Below, piece by piece: positions 12,779 to 25,686 of a stretch of DNA of 64,000 nucleotides; within the stretch, counting starts at the first letter, position 1; every line of letters begins with the position of its first letter. A model generated the notes under the pieces. That model did not search any database and was not told the DNA's origin. It worked only from the letters and a program-made list of their open reading frames with translations. Location of the stretch: assembly GCF_001194135.2 (NCBI RefSeq), contig NC_068991.1, positions 10,040,370 to 10,104,369 of the forward strand. Reading direction: 5' to 3'. This DNA comes from Octopus bimaculoides (taxonomy: Eukaryota). A program made the translations under genes and the position numbers.

Positions 12779-12782
12779 TTAA

Positions 12783-13004
12783 CCCTTTCGTTACCGTATT
12801 TATTTTGAGATGCTCTGTGTTTCTTTCAATTATTTTAAATATAACAAAAAAATGTAGTAAAATAACTTAGTTATCATTAAGCCGGTGTTAAGAACATAAA
12901 TTGTGACTAAGGTTTGGTGGAAGATTTTAATTCAGAACTTTTGAAAACAAGACATTTGTACTACATGGCCAGAAGTGGTTTCAGGTGGGTTGGTATCAAA
13001 AGGG
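12783..13004. mobile_element. piggyBac-like MITE, copy 2
   Basis: TTAA|CCCTTTCGTTACC ... GGTATCAAAAGGG|TTAA: 13-bp TIR with 11/13 matches, TTAA on both sides, 222 bp long. Confidence 0.85.
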
Positions 13005-13060
13005 TTAATGTGGCACCATCACTAGTGCTTTCTACATGGCACCAGCATGAGTGCTTTTAA

Positions 13061-13250
13061 CCCCTTTGTTCCCATATTTCTGTTGAGATACTCTGTGTTT
13101 CTTTCAATTAATTCTAAATATAACAAAGAATTTAGTAAAATAACTTAGTTATCATTAAGCTAGTGTTAGATTTTAATTCAGAACTTTTGAAAACAAGACA
13201 TTTGTACTACAGAGATAGAGGCAGTTTCAGCTGGGTTGGTATCTAAAAGG
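13061..13250. mobile_element. piggyBac-like MITE, copy 3 (internal deletion)
   Basis: TTAA|CCCCTTTGTTCCC ... GGTATCTAAAAGG|TTAA. Lacks roughly 30 bp relative to copy 2. Confidence 0.8.
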
Positions 13251-13309
13251 TTAATAAAAATAGAAATAATAACAACAACAGTTAACTTAGTATGACAGTC
13301 TGACGTTAC

Positions 13310-13543
13310 CTTGATGAATTCCACATAATCCTCATATGTGCCCTTCTGTGGGGCATAGTAAATACCACTGGAGGAGAACCTGTATTTGGCTTCCTTTATA
13401 ATTGCTGGGGTGTAAAAGTCTGCTAGAATGGTCAACAAGCAACGCCTGTCCCAGGAATCAGTGACACGTCCTCCATAGTTACATTCTCCAGTCATGTACG
13501 TGATGGCTTCAAATGGAACCTCGGCGTATTCCTTGATGAACAT
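13310..13543 (-). CDS. DNAH12: Axonemal dynein heavy chain exon (AAA-lid), phase 0/0
   Basis: atttttcag|ATG TTC ATC...ATC AAG|gtaacg, 234 bp. Translates MFIKEYAEVPFEAITYMTGECNYGGRVTDSWDRRCLLTILADFYTPAIIKEAKYRFSSSGIYYAPQKGTYEDYVEFIK, with the GECNYGGRVTD motif. Confidence 0.95.
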
Positions 13544-15395
13544 CTGAAAAATAACAGATCAATGTTTGAGGGAAGAAAAATCCTGCATGTGATCTCTGTT
13601 CAAGTTAATATCTCACATATAATCACAGGTGTGGTTGTGTGGTTAATAAGCTTGCTTCCCAGTCATGTGGTCTTGGGGTTCAGTTCCACGGTGTGGCACA
13701 ATGGATAAGTGGTTTCTACTATAGCCCTAGGCCAACAAAAGCCTTGTGAGCGGAGGAAGAGACACAAGGGACAGAGAGTAGCTGAAGAGGTCACAGAACA
13801 TGTGATAAAAGATTTTAAGACAAAGGACACAAAAATAATGTAAACTTCCATTTAATTAAAATATCCTTGGCCACAGTAAGGAAGTCTCCCCAAACTTAAT
13901 GTTGCCATCCATCCTTCTGGGCCCACAAACCCACTGAGAGAGTCCTACTGGCCCTGATGTTACCGTTTTATCCTTCAGGTGTCAAAACTTTAATTACCAG
14001 GCATCATTAGGGTGAGAGTTGTTATTGTTTAACCTTAGGCAGCCCTGATACAATAGACATACCAGAGATGCTCCAGCCATGACAATCCCGTCTTTTATTC
14101 AGATATACTGCATCTAGGATTATATTAGTCAGTGTATCCTTTCAGTGTGTCCTTACCTCGAAGTCAGCCTAGATCCAGCAGACCATTGACCAAAGACACT
14201 CCAGCTGTGACTATCCTACTTCTTTTTTAATATCAGGAACTACTACAATGTCTAATGACTCCTTTATTTAAGAAACTATGATGTAAGTTGAGGGAGATTT
14301 AGTCACTATTTCTAGCAAGCTGGGCAACTGTATAGAAGCTTCCACAATTTCATTCTTTTACTTCAAATGTTCCTCTTTGCTTATAATTCTGTGATTTTTA
14401 ACAATTAAGTCAACCTCAAGTAAGAGCTAAACCATTTGTTTTTATAATGTGAACCCAATGCATCGCAACTTTTAAGGATTAAATAACAGGATGCGATAGG
14501 ATTTGGAATTGAAAATGATACCTACAGTGTGAAACAATTTAAGGGCCTCAGTTTGGCTCCAGTTTTATGGTCTGAAGTGAATGAGAGATAAGCATTTTCC
14601 ATGATATGATACAATCTCTCGCACAGTTAACATTCTCAGATGATCTAGTGTTTTGTAGGAGAACAGAATTAAGTAGAATACAATGTTTGTTTTGGTTTCT
14701 TTTTCCGCTGGCACTGTGATGAGAGATAAGTCTCCTCTAGGATAAGACACAATCTATCACAGTTAACATTACTGGATAATCTTGTAGTTATTCCTATACA
14801 GCTATTCCTGAAAAGGAATGGATAAGACAGCAATGCCTGCACATCCATGATGGAACAATTGGCCACAGAACCAAAGACATCCACTGTGAGTATTAAAGAA
14901 AAAAAAATAATAAAAAAAAATAGAATCTATTCACATAATCTATACACAGGTAGCTGGGTATCTTCATTGGCAAATTTTCAGACATTTGAAAATAGATATA
15001 ACAGAAGGATGGTACCAAACCAGCATAATTCTGAAGATATCCTGAAAAAAGTCTTATTCCAAAGCAGAAAAAAAAAAGAAAAGAAAGAAAAGAAGGAAAA
15101 AAACCCTAAAAAAGAAATGAATAACAATCTTCATGAATTAGCATAACCACTTGGTTTCTAGTGTGCACGCATGCACACGCAGCTGCAAACGCACATGCAA
15201 ACCCGTATATACAAACACGCACATAATTACATCATTAGTTATGAGGAGGGAACATAGCCAATATCAAAAAAATTGATTAAATGTCTAAATGTCTGAGATG
15301 AGTAGCTGTTATGAAGATTATAATTTTACAGACTATTAACCTCATCTATATATGTATATATATATATTAACACACACATATAAATATATATAAAT

Positions 15396-15453
<58 letters not shown>

Positions 15454-15467
15454 AGATGAGGTTAATA

Positions 15468-15513
<46 letters not shown>

Positions 15514-15515
<2 letters not shown>

Positions 15516-16010
15516 TGTGGATGTGTGGTAGGAGGTTTGTTTCCCAACCACCTGGTTCCAGTTCAGTCCTGCTGTGTGGCACTTTAGGCAAATTTCTTCT
15601 ACTATAACATCAGGCTAACCAGAGCCTTGTGAGTGGATTTGGTTGATGGAAACTAAAAGAAGCCCATCTTATGTGTGTGTGTGTGTGTGTGTGCGATTGT
15701 CTGCCACCACTGCTTGACAACTGGTGTTGGTGCATTTGCATCTCTGCAACTTAGCAGTTCAGCAAAAGAAACTGAGAAATAAGTACTGGATGGGAGAGTC
15801 AATTCATGTGACTAAAATACCTGAAGGCAGTGCTCAAGCATGGCCACTGTCGAAAGACCAAAAAGATAAAAAAATGATAAAAAATATATATATGTATTGG
15901 TTGCGTGGTTAAGAAGTTGTCTTCCAAACCATGTGGTTTCAGGTTCATCTCCACTGTATGGCACTTTGTGTAAGTGACTTCTACAATGGCCTTGGGCTGA
16001 CCAAAGCCTT
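15514..16010 (+). mobile_element. Diverged SINE family A copy followed by a second 5' half
   Basis: Same head, central block and 3' half as 1848-2244, more diverged. A second head begins near 15895. Confidence 0.7.
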
Positions 16011-16189
16011 ATAAATGAAATAAGTATAAGAAATAGCTGAGTGAGTAGTGCCTGAGTGATAGATGAGATGAGTGAGTGTTTGGAAGATGAGTAGTGGTAG
16101 TGGGATACATCAGGGACAAATTAGGTGTGGTACATAAAAACATGACCCAATATATTTTTAGGGCCTCATTCTTGCTTAGATGGATGGAT

Positions 16190-16760
16190 CTTCTTGAGCA
16201 CAGCAAATTGCCAATCACCTCAGTTTTTTGTCGACTTCATCATACATCAATCATCCCAGGTCTCCCTCATCCACAGGTTCCATTCAAATTTAGTAATCAA
16301 CACTTCTTTATGCAGCAGTCCTCATCCATATCCACCACATGACCATTCTGCAGCAATTTTCTCTCTCGCACGCTACATCTGATGTTTGTTATGCCCAATT
16401 TTTTTTCCTCAAAACATTTGTACTTTGTTGTACACACACATACTGACACTGCCTGCACATCCAGTGAGGCATGCGAACTCCATTTATTTATGGCTTCACA
16501 TATTCTCTGCATTCAGGGCCATTTCACTACCATGTAGCATTGCAGTTCATATCCAAGCATTGTACAATCTACCTTTCACTCAGACAGAGAGGTTCTTATT
16601 TTAGTGAAAATACTTTCAGAGCAATCTCTTCCACTGCTAATCAAGTCACCTTGGGAACAGAAATTATCAACTATTTCTAAGAATCCTCCTTGAGATTTCA
16701 GAAAACCTTATGGTTTTGGTTGTGGACCATAACAACCTACCACATGACATTATGAACATT
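16190..16760 (-). mobile_element. Degraded RTE-clade LINE fragment (RT C-terminal region)
   Basis: The minus strand, with stops and frameshifts, gives KGRLYNAWI*TAMLHGSE...EKKLGITNIRCSVRERKLLQNGHVVDMDEDCCIKKC. Confidence 0.8.
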
Positions 16761-17245
16761 TTGTATGAAGGTGAAAACAATTAAAAATCAACATAATTTA
16801 TTCATATCTCTAGTGTTTGTACTATACAGAGATATATAAGTTGCTATGCCTATTGTATTTTTCTACCTTAGTTTGCATACAAAGCACTTGAAATGTCTGC
16901 ATGATAAGAAAGGTTTATATACACATAATTCATTTAATGTTAACATATTTAATTCAGGGGTGATTTCAAAGAAAATAATGTTGTGAAACAGATAAAAAGA
17001 TATGCAGACAGTTTTTGAGTACCCAGTACATAGAAACATGATGAGGCTGCCTAGAATAAAGAGATCAAAGGGCAAAGTTCAATGGTCAATATGTTATATC
17101 AACAACAAGTTCAACAAAATACATTCTGTTTCACCTGAAGGCATATCAACCACTGGTTCAAATAAAATATTGATAGGTAGATTTTATTTTGCCTGGACGT
17201 GACACAAATGAACAAAATATACATATATATACATACATATATATA

Positions 17246-17288
<43 letters not shown>

Positions 17289-19574
17289 TGTATATATAAT
17301 GATGATGATGATATATATATTATACACACACATATATATTGTATATATAATGATGATGATATATATATATATTATATATACATACATGTATATACATATA
17401 CACATATATGTATATATGTAATATATCACCATATATGTAGTGAGACAAACAGAAAGATAGATAGATAAATGGGAGAGTTAGTGGTAACGTATTTACTGCA
17501 AGTAATAATCTGATCAGAAATAGTTATGTAGTAAAGAAAAACCAACATTAGTCAATGGCTAATATTAGTTTGATTTTCCAGCAAGTATGGGAGACAACTC
17601 AGGACATGTTTAAACCGTATTAAGACCTTGTCAGCAAAGTATAGAGACACCGCCAGATATGTCAAAGTAAATGTACAAGACTGTAAACTGGTTGGTGTAG
17701 ATAAATAAAACTGCTCAGAGAATAAATATTATCTCGGAGATAACAATCGCATGGATAAAAAAAAAAAAGGATGAATAAGAACAAAAATAAGTTAGTGTTA
17801 ATATATTTATTGCAGGGAACATTAAAAGGCTAACTAGAAATAATTTATACAGATGCATCCTGACACATTCTTCCAAATAAGCCATTTTATATGCGTCCTT
17901 TAATACATGGTAATGCTTCTCCTCATGAGGAGGTGAATCAGAATGTCTCACACGGCTATATTGATGGATATATTCATGATATTGCTTTCTCTATGAATAT
18001 TTTGACCTATGTAATTTATTGCTATATTTTGTGTTTTCACATCTTTGCTTGTCTTTTATGTGGTTTTATTTCTTTATGATTAATAATTGTGAGGTGAAGA
18101 ATGTCATCTCAAGCAAGAAATTAACCATAAACTACCGTTCCTTGTTCCGCAAGCATTATCTTCATTTTATTCATGTTAACATCGAGAACAGACAATGGAT
18201 AATGACAGCATGCAAATAGCTATAATGAGATTTCTTGTGGATGTCGTTTAACCACAGGCCATCTCTGACTGAGCAGGCAAATTATAAAAACTGTTCCAAC
18301 TGTGACCCTCCCAGCTTTTCTAAGTGCATCTAAGATCATTTTACTGATTTGGCATTCGTTTTACTCAAAGTATACCCCAACTGATTTGTATTTTGTCCAT
18401 GTATGTTTCCAGCATCTTGGATATTGGGAACCAATAAAAGAAACCGGTAGACTAGCAGAATCATCAGAGCATCATACAAAATACCTTGTGGTATTTAGGT
18501 ATAACTCTTCTCATTCATCATCATCATCATCATCGTTTTACGTCCGCTTTCTATGGGTTGGACGATTTGACTGAGGACTGGCAAGCCAGATGGCTGCACC
18601 AGGTTCCAATCTGATCATTCTGATTTCAAAACCCGCTGTGATCAACTATGTCTTACATCCTTCCAAGTTCAATAAAATAAAATACCAATCAAATACTAGT
18701 GTTGATTTAATCAGCTAACACCTTCCCCTCGAAGTTGTTGATCTCAAAATTATTATTATTTCCATTTCACTTCACAGACCTCTTGATTTCACCTGCCCTG
18801 GTTAATTCTGTAAGTGCGGACAACAACCTGTTATCAAGATTCTTATAGGATCTCTTTCCACGATTCATAACATCCAACTACCATTCTCAAAATCCTCGCT
18901 GTCCCAAATAAAGCAGTTTTCTGAGTATGTTCTATCCTCAGTCGAGTTTATTTCAGATATTCTCATTTTAAATATCATCTCTGGCTAATTGTTGAGAAGA
19001 TGTTAGTGTTGCCTTGGCGGAGGTTTGTGCTCCATGAGTGCTCTTGTTATTATTATTATCATTATTGAGTAAGAGAGCCATCAAAGGGACACTGGGGTAC
19101 AAACATACGAAGCCCAATATACCCATCATGACTACCCGTCTGATAAGTGCATGACAGGGTGATCTTATATCAAAATAAACAGCGCATGATCTTGCAGGTG
19201 GGGCCCAGTTAGAATTTTCTTTAGGCCGAGTAGCCCGTCCCACTCAAAAGGTCCCTGAATAAGTGTTGTTTAAGGGTGATGAACGAAACATCCATGTTTC
19301 CAAATGTGAATTATTCAACCCCCAAAGAATTCCTCTTGACACATGCCTATGATGTTCCCCAACTACTTCTGCTCGTGATCAGAGATGCACATATCGTCAG
19401 CCACCAAGGGACATGCTCAACTGGTTAAGGTCAAGCAACTGACAAGCAAATCTGTGGTATTGAGCAGAATATTTGCTGTAGACCATCTTTTTATACCAAG
19501 ACTAAACTTCTTATTATTTTCATTTTCAATCTTTTACACATACAAGTATATGTATACATGTATAAAGTGTGAGA

Positions 19575-19619
<45 letters not shown>

Positions 19620-19981
19620 TGTCTTTTTGATTCAACATTGCATGATAGTTGTAAATAAATGTCATACATTTCCAATATTCAGTAAAAACAAGTGTGGCCA
19701 TGGAGAAATAATATTACCTTGCTTGGGAACAAGTAGGAGTTGGTAGCAGGAAGGATATAAGGCTGCAATATACTCCGTGCAATCCGTCTCACTAAACTCT
19801 CTCCAATCCATGCAAGCATGGAAAAATGGACATTAAAATGACAATGGCAATGATGATATTGACGATGACGACGACAACGATGATGATGATGATGATGATG
19901 ATGATGACGATGACGATGTTGATGACGATGATGATGATAAAGTCAAGGGTAAAAAAAAAAAAATGTAGATAGCAAAATCAC

Positions 19982-20119
19982 CTGAAGTTGCTGTACTGAA
20001 ATCCTTAAATCAGATTCATTAAATCCATAAGGGATGTTCCAGCCGATCGGACCAAACTTTCGTCGCTCTTGAACAAGGGCATGGAAGAAACACAAACCAA
20101 AGAGCAGTTTCTCAAATTG
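19982..20119 (-). CDS. DNAH12: Axonemal dynein heavy chain exon (AAA-lid), phase 0/0
   Basis: ttttttcag|CAA TTT GAG...CTT CAG|gtgatt, 138 bp. Translates [46 protein letters not shown], with the classic [19 protein letters not shown] motif. Not in the ORF track. Confidence 0.95.
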
Positions 20120-21020
20120 CTGAAAAAAAAAAAAGTAAATAAATAAATAAATAAAGGCAGAAATAAATTTGAGTAGGAAAAAAAATAATTGAACGTTAAA
20201 TCACTTCATTTTACTTTCACCCTATCACGACTTTCACCCTATCAAGCCGGCCTTGTCACATTCTGTGTCTTGCTGAATTTCCTCGAGAACTACATTATGT
20301 GTATGCATGTCTGTGGAGTACTCAGCCACTTGCATGCTGTTCTGTTGCAGGCTGTTCTGTTGGTCAGATCAGCTGGAACACTCGTCATAACTGATGAAAT
20401 GCCATGTATTTTAAAGGGCTTCCATGCAGATTTTCTTTGTTAAATTCTCTCAGAAGGCATTGGTCAGCCAAAGGCTATAGTAAGAAGACATTTACCCAAG
20501 GTGCCATGCAGTGGGACTGAACCCAAGACCATGTGATTGCAAAACAAGCTTCTTAACTACACAGCCATGCTTGACTCTATGAGCATCGTTTAGGCCACAC
20601 TCAGCTTTTATGCAAAAAAGCATTCATTTAAACACAGTGCTTTTGTTTCACTAGAGTAGAAATGATATTTACAAAGATTATGAAACACAATGTGTATGTT
20701 CCCTCCGTTTATCGTAAGTTCTTGTATTTTTAATGGAGATTGATTAAAAGCGCCATTTAATGTCTGAAACTCATGAAATACGCTGAAATGACAATGATAA
20801 AGATTTCTTCATGCGTGAACATTTTTCGATTTGCTATCCAACCTCGAGTCGCGTCAATAAATATTATTCCAATAATATTGCAATGTTTATCAAAGAACTC
20901 AGCTTGATTCCACCATTCTAGGAAAACTAATTCTTTTAAGTCTTCGAATTATGAACAATATCACAGGAATATTATACATCTGTTGGATTCCTATAATGTC
21001 TAGTTCTGTCTCTCTGTCTC

Positions 21021-21066
<46 letters not shown>

Positions 21067-21077
21067 CATACATACAT

Positions 21078-21136
<59 letters not shown>

Positions 21137-21157
21137 TATGCATACATNNNNNNNNNN

Positions 21158-21193
<36 letters not shown>

Positions 21194-21658
21194 TATGCAT
21201 ACATATATACATATATACACACACACACACACACATATATATACACACACATATATATACACATATACATGCATACACATTCATAATACATACATACATA
21301 TCAACATGAATCTCTGTGCGTAAGTGTGTACAAAACAGGCAAACACTCACACACACACACACACACACGCACACACGCACACACACACACACATACATCT
21401 ATACTGTCTGCAGACAATGAGATATTATGCTGATATAAGTGCTCTGCCCTCACTTTCAAATCAATATTTGTGACTAAAATAAAAGCAAATAATTAAATAA
21501 ATAAATGAAAGCAACAACCAGGCACTCAGTCTATATATTGTCATTCTCATTATTTCTTCAATGATTCATTGAAATATGTGATCCCCTTTGACAGATCGTC
21601 TCAGAAGAGTTGAGTTCATTACATCACTGTCAGACTGGTCAAGACTACAATATAGCCA

Positions 21659-21982
21659 TCTCCACCACAATATGCCTTAATTCCAACACAAGAGATCTCA
21701 CCTCCACCACAAGATACTTCACTTCCAACACAAGTTGCCTCACCTTCACCATAAGATATCCCGCCTCCATCACAAGATGCCTTGTTCCACCACAAGATGC
21801 TTGCCTCCACCATAAGATACTTCACCTCAATCGCAAGATGCCTCATTCCACCACAAGATATCTTACCTCTGCTACAAAATGCCTCACCCCACACCATGTC
21901 TTATCTTCACCACATGATACCTCACATCTGCCACAAGATATCCACCTCCTTGATAAGATATTTCACTTCCACCACAAGACAC
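21659..21982. repeat. Degenerate ~21-bp minisatellite (consensus approx. CCACCACAAGATACTTCACCT)
   Basis: About 15 diverged units, each containing CACAAGAT or CATAAGAT. Confidence 0.8.
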
Positions 21983-22298
21983 ATAACTTATTCGAAAAAG
22001 GAAGAAAGTCTAACGACAAAGAAAATAGAGTGATTTAGATTGAGGAGATGCAACGAAGAAAAAATACAGCGATGTTAATGCAAGACTTGAGAGACAAATG
22101 CTTCGATACAATCAGCAGCTAAAGCTACATTATTTGTGCAACATTGGTTGGAATTTTCATACATTTTAAATGACCTCATCACGCTTTTTTAAGGATTGAT
22201 GTTGAATAAGACTTGCCTATTTAATGCTTATAAAAACTTATTCTTTTTTTTTAAAAAAAGAAACGCTGATATAATTATACTTTATCATTGTTCATACG

Positions 22299-22420
22299 GT
22301 GAATTTGTCTCATAGTGAATTTGTCTCATAGTGAATTTGTCTTATAGTGAATTTTCTTACATGGTCAAAAGTTTTCTTACGGCAAATTTTCCCATGGCAA
22401 AAATGTTTATGGTGAATTTT
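22299..22420. repeat. 16-bp tandem repeat (GTGAATTTGTCTCATA x4, then degenerate)
   Basis: Units start at 22299, 22315, 22331 and 22347. Confidence 0.85.
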
Positions 22421-23154
22421 CCATACATACCTTAATATTATCTTTTTTTTCCTTCTACCTATTTGAACCCCCTCTCCTACTAAGAACATATTAATCCACT
22501 ATGGGCCTTATGCACTTTCTATGGACACTTTTACACTTCTGTGTGAATTCCATTTCACCAGAACTTTCCATATTGTAAACTCCCACTCCTAAAATTTCCT
22601 TCTTCCTCCTCTTCAGAACATTCAACCAGTGTTGTATCAACAGGTACACACTCTACATTCGGTCATACTCTTTTGTGGTCAATGCTGTCGTCCTCTGCCT
22701 TCTCCTTTAACATCTGTTTTCCATGCTGGCATGGGTTGGACAGTTTGACTGGGGCTGCCAAACTGGAGAGCTGCACCAGGCTCCAGTCTGATTAGGCATG
22801 GTGGCTATGGCTAGATTCCCTTCCTAACATCAACCACTTTACAGAGTGTGCTGGGTGCTTTTATGTAACTCCAGCATGGCCTGTTTTTACATGGCACCAA
22901 TACAGGGCTCTTGCAGGCCAATACTCTTCATCAGGGGGGAGTGGCATTTACACTTCTGTTGTGGAGGTCGGGTCTTCTTGGGTATTGATACAGCATTTAG
23001 TCATCATGGGTAATTGTTTAATTTTAACATTAACTGTATTAGTTTTACCTCTCTAGGAGCCTCAGGAAAGACCTTGAGTACTGCCACATCTCATTTCATT
23101 AATTAAGAAAAAAAAATCTTTATTTGAACTCAAACCTAAATGACACTCCAATTG

Positions 23155-23480
23155 TAACACCTTTCACTCACCCTGAGCTATAAAACCCCCACAAACTCAA
23201 CCTCAGCTTCGATACCAAACCGTTCACTCACACTGAATTACAACCCTATCACTCAATGTCATCAATAACTCCTTCACTCACTCTCAAGTATATCACCCCA
23301 CTCACCGTCAACAATAACACTTCTACTCAACTCTAACTATAATACCATTCACTCACTCTCAACTATAACATCCCCACTCAGAGTCATCGATAACCCTGTC
23401 ACCCACCCTCAACTATAACTCTTAACTTACACTCAAGTATAATCCCTTCACTCACTCTCAACTACAATTCTTTCATGACT
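23155..23480. repeat. Degenerate ~23-bp minisatellite (approx. CCTTCACTCACTCTCAACTATAA)
   Basis: Recurrent CACTCA...CTCAACTATAA motifs at ~22-24 bp spacing. Confidence 0.65.
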
Positions 23481-23585
23481 CAAAACCATTAACTATATTA
23501 AAAGTTAATTTATAGTAAATTACAAAAAAAGAAAAAAAAAGAAAAAAAGTAAATAAATGTCTGACATTTTTTTTTTCCAGCTTAC

Positions 23586-23726
23586 CAATTCTTTGCCTTT
23601 GGCATTATGGAAGAACACTGGATCACTGATTGGATCTGTGAGATAAGACTGGAGTAGATTTTGTCGGAGCCCAGTTGGTGGTTCGTTAGTCATTTTCACT
23701 CCATTCTGAAGCACTGTTACTGGAAA
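23586..23726 (-). CDS. DNAH12: Axonemal dynein heavy chain exon (end of AAA6), phase 0/0
   Basis: tttgtgatag|TTT CCA GTA...GAA TTG|gtaagc, 141 bp. Translates [47 protein letters not shown]. Confidence 0.95.
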
Positions 23727-24201
23727 CTATCACAAAAAAAATTATTATTATTGTTATCGTTGTTATTATTATCATTATTATCATCATTATTATGAGTCAA
23801 CATTCAATAAGTTTCAGGCAAATTTCTACTGCATTACATGCTACACCTCTGTGTTGCTAAGGCGTGTGCAGCATTGTGTGTTCTTGCTGTTGTTGAGGAA
23901 GGACAAACTTTTCCTGGTATTAAATGAGGTGGCTTAGTGGTTCAGCAAAAAAAGACCAATAGAATAAAGAATAGGCCCTGGGGTAGATTTGTTCGACTAA
24001 AGGTGGTGCTCCAGCATGGCTGCAGTCAAATGACTGAAACAAGTAGAAGAATAGAATATATATATATATGTGAGTCTGCGTCTGTCCACCACCACTGCTT
24101 GACAACCACTTTTGGTGTACTTATGTCCTCATAACTTAGTGGTTTGGCACACACCAGCATCGGTTGTCAAGCGATGTTGGGGAACAAGCACAGACACACA
24201 A

Positions 24202-24239
<38 letters not shown>

Positions 24240-24372
24240 TCTAAAAAAATATATATATTCTAAAAAAAGAATAAACTTTGTTTGTTTACTTTCATCGTAA
24301 AGTTGAATCTAACGTTAGCGTCTTATGAAGCTAAATTTATAAGTTCTAAAATTGCAGAAGAATTCGTTGCTG

Positions 24373-24444
24373 GGCAGTTTGGTTTAATGGTAAAACACTT
24401 TACATGTAATCACAGAGATGTGAGTTCGAGTCTCATGGCTGGCC
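24373..24444 (+). pseudogene. tRNA-like sequence (pseudo-tRNA or orphan SINE head)
   Basis: 72 nt long. Acceptor stem pairs at 6/7 positions, D-stem GTTT/AAAC, T-arm GTGAG-TTCGAGT-CTCAT. The anticodon stem does not pair; the loop region contains TGT. Confidence 0.45.
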
Positions 24445-24562
24445 GGCAACGTAGTTTTCTGCATTATATGGATAATTTATCCTGATCATGCTATTTATAG
24501 CATTATCACGCGTTTGAGAAATAAATTTATTTCTGTATCTTAATATACATATACATATATAC

Positions 24563-24722
24563 AACGGGCTTCTTTCAGTTTCCGTCTACCAAATCTACCA
24601 CTCACAAGGCTTTGGTCGGCCCGAGGCTATAGTAGAAGACATTTGCCCAAGGTGCCACGCAGTGGGACTGAACCCGGAACCATGTGGTTGGTAAGCAAGC
24701 TACTTACCACACAGCCACTCCT
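24563..24722 (-). mobile_element. SINE family A 5' half
   Basis: The plus strand reads ttctttcagtttccgtctacc...ccacacagccactcct, the reverse complement of the family A head. Confidence 0.85.
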
Positions 24723-24804
24723 GTGCTCACTGCCTTTCCCACTGTCATAATAATACAAACAGAAGAACATCAATGAAATCACAACTAAGATTTGTTTCCT
24801 TTAC

Positions 24805-24984
24805 CTTTGGGGAGGGATAACTGGTCAACCAGAGTCGGAATTCCGGAGCAGTGTCTTCAGGGTTTAATTCCTCGCAGATCTTTTCCATAGCGTCCATCCA
24901 AGACACGGCTAAATGGCAGTTCTGCAACAAGACCCAGTGACCCTCTGTTTTAGCCACGGCAATCATCTTTGCTGCAATTGGACC
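24805..24984 (-). CDS. DNAH12: Axonemal dynein heavy chain exon (AAA6), phase 0/0
   Basis: ttccacag|GGT CCA ATT...CCA AAG|gtaaag, 180 bp. Translates [60 protein letters not shown], containing the WVLLQNCHL and FRLWLTS motifs. Confidence 0.95.
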
Positions 24985-25130
24985 CTGTGGAAGGAATTTT
25001 GATATTCAGATACAGAAATAGTAGTAGTAGTAGTAGTAGTACTAGTGTATATTTGTTTCTCAATAAATATTCTGATTTGATTTATATGTGTACAAAGGTG
25101 TTTGTATATGCATATATAAACACAAGTACA

Positions 25131-25167
<37 letters not shown>

Positions 25168-25461
25168 ACACCAAGAACACAACAGGTCGCCTGATCCAGG
25201 AATCAAAACCACAATCTTACGATCATGAGTCCAACACCCTAACCACTAAACCACATGCCTCCACAGTGGTGTACCTGAGGGGCTTCAGTCCTTGATTTAC
25301 TGCTGAGGTTGACTCCACAAACCTTTTCCTTTTCAAGGCACTCACAAGGCAGTGAGGGACGTATATATGTAATATGTAGAAATGTGTTTTTGTGTGTGTG
25401 TGAGTATATTTGATTAATAAATTGTCAAAAGTAAAACAGGGAAAGAGATTTTGAGCTATAC

Positions 25462-25686
25462 CTGTCCTTGTCCAAGCGAGATGGATTGAAACCTTTTGCC
25501 TCCAAATCCTTTGTCTTCAGCAAATTTAAGCAAACTCATTGTCGGATCAGCTCCGGGAGATAAAATAAATATCAGAGGTGAACAAGAATTAGAATCTGTG
25601 AAGCTCTTTGCTAAATCAAATGGTGGTGGTTCGATGAATTTTTTGCCCAGTTTTTCAGCCACGTAGTTTGTGATTGCTGGAATAAT
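25462..25686 (-). CDS. DNAH12: Axonemal dynein heavy chain exon (start of AAA6), phase 0/0
   Basis: tttgtag|ATT ATT CCA...GGA CAG|gtatag, 225 bp. Translates IIPAITNYVAEKLGKKFIEPPPFDLAKSFTDSNSCSPLIFILSPGADPTMSLLKFAEDKGFGGKRFQSISLGQGQ, containing the PLIFILSPGADP and SLGQGQ AAA6 motifs. Confidence 0.95.

Noticed and set aside
19060-19500. Probable interspersed repeat (I recall similar sequence from octopus genomes)
   Set aside because: There is only one copy in this window and no diagnostic termini, so it cannot be supported from the sequence alone.
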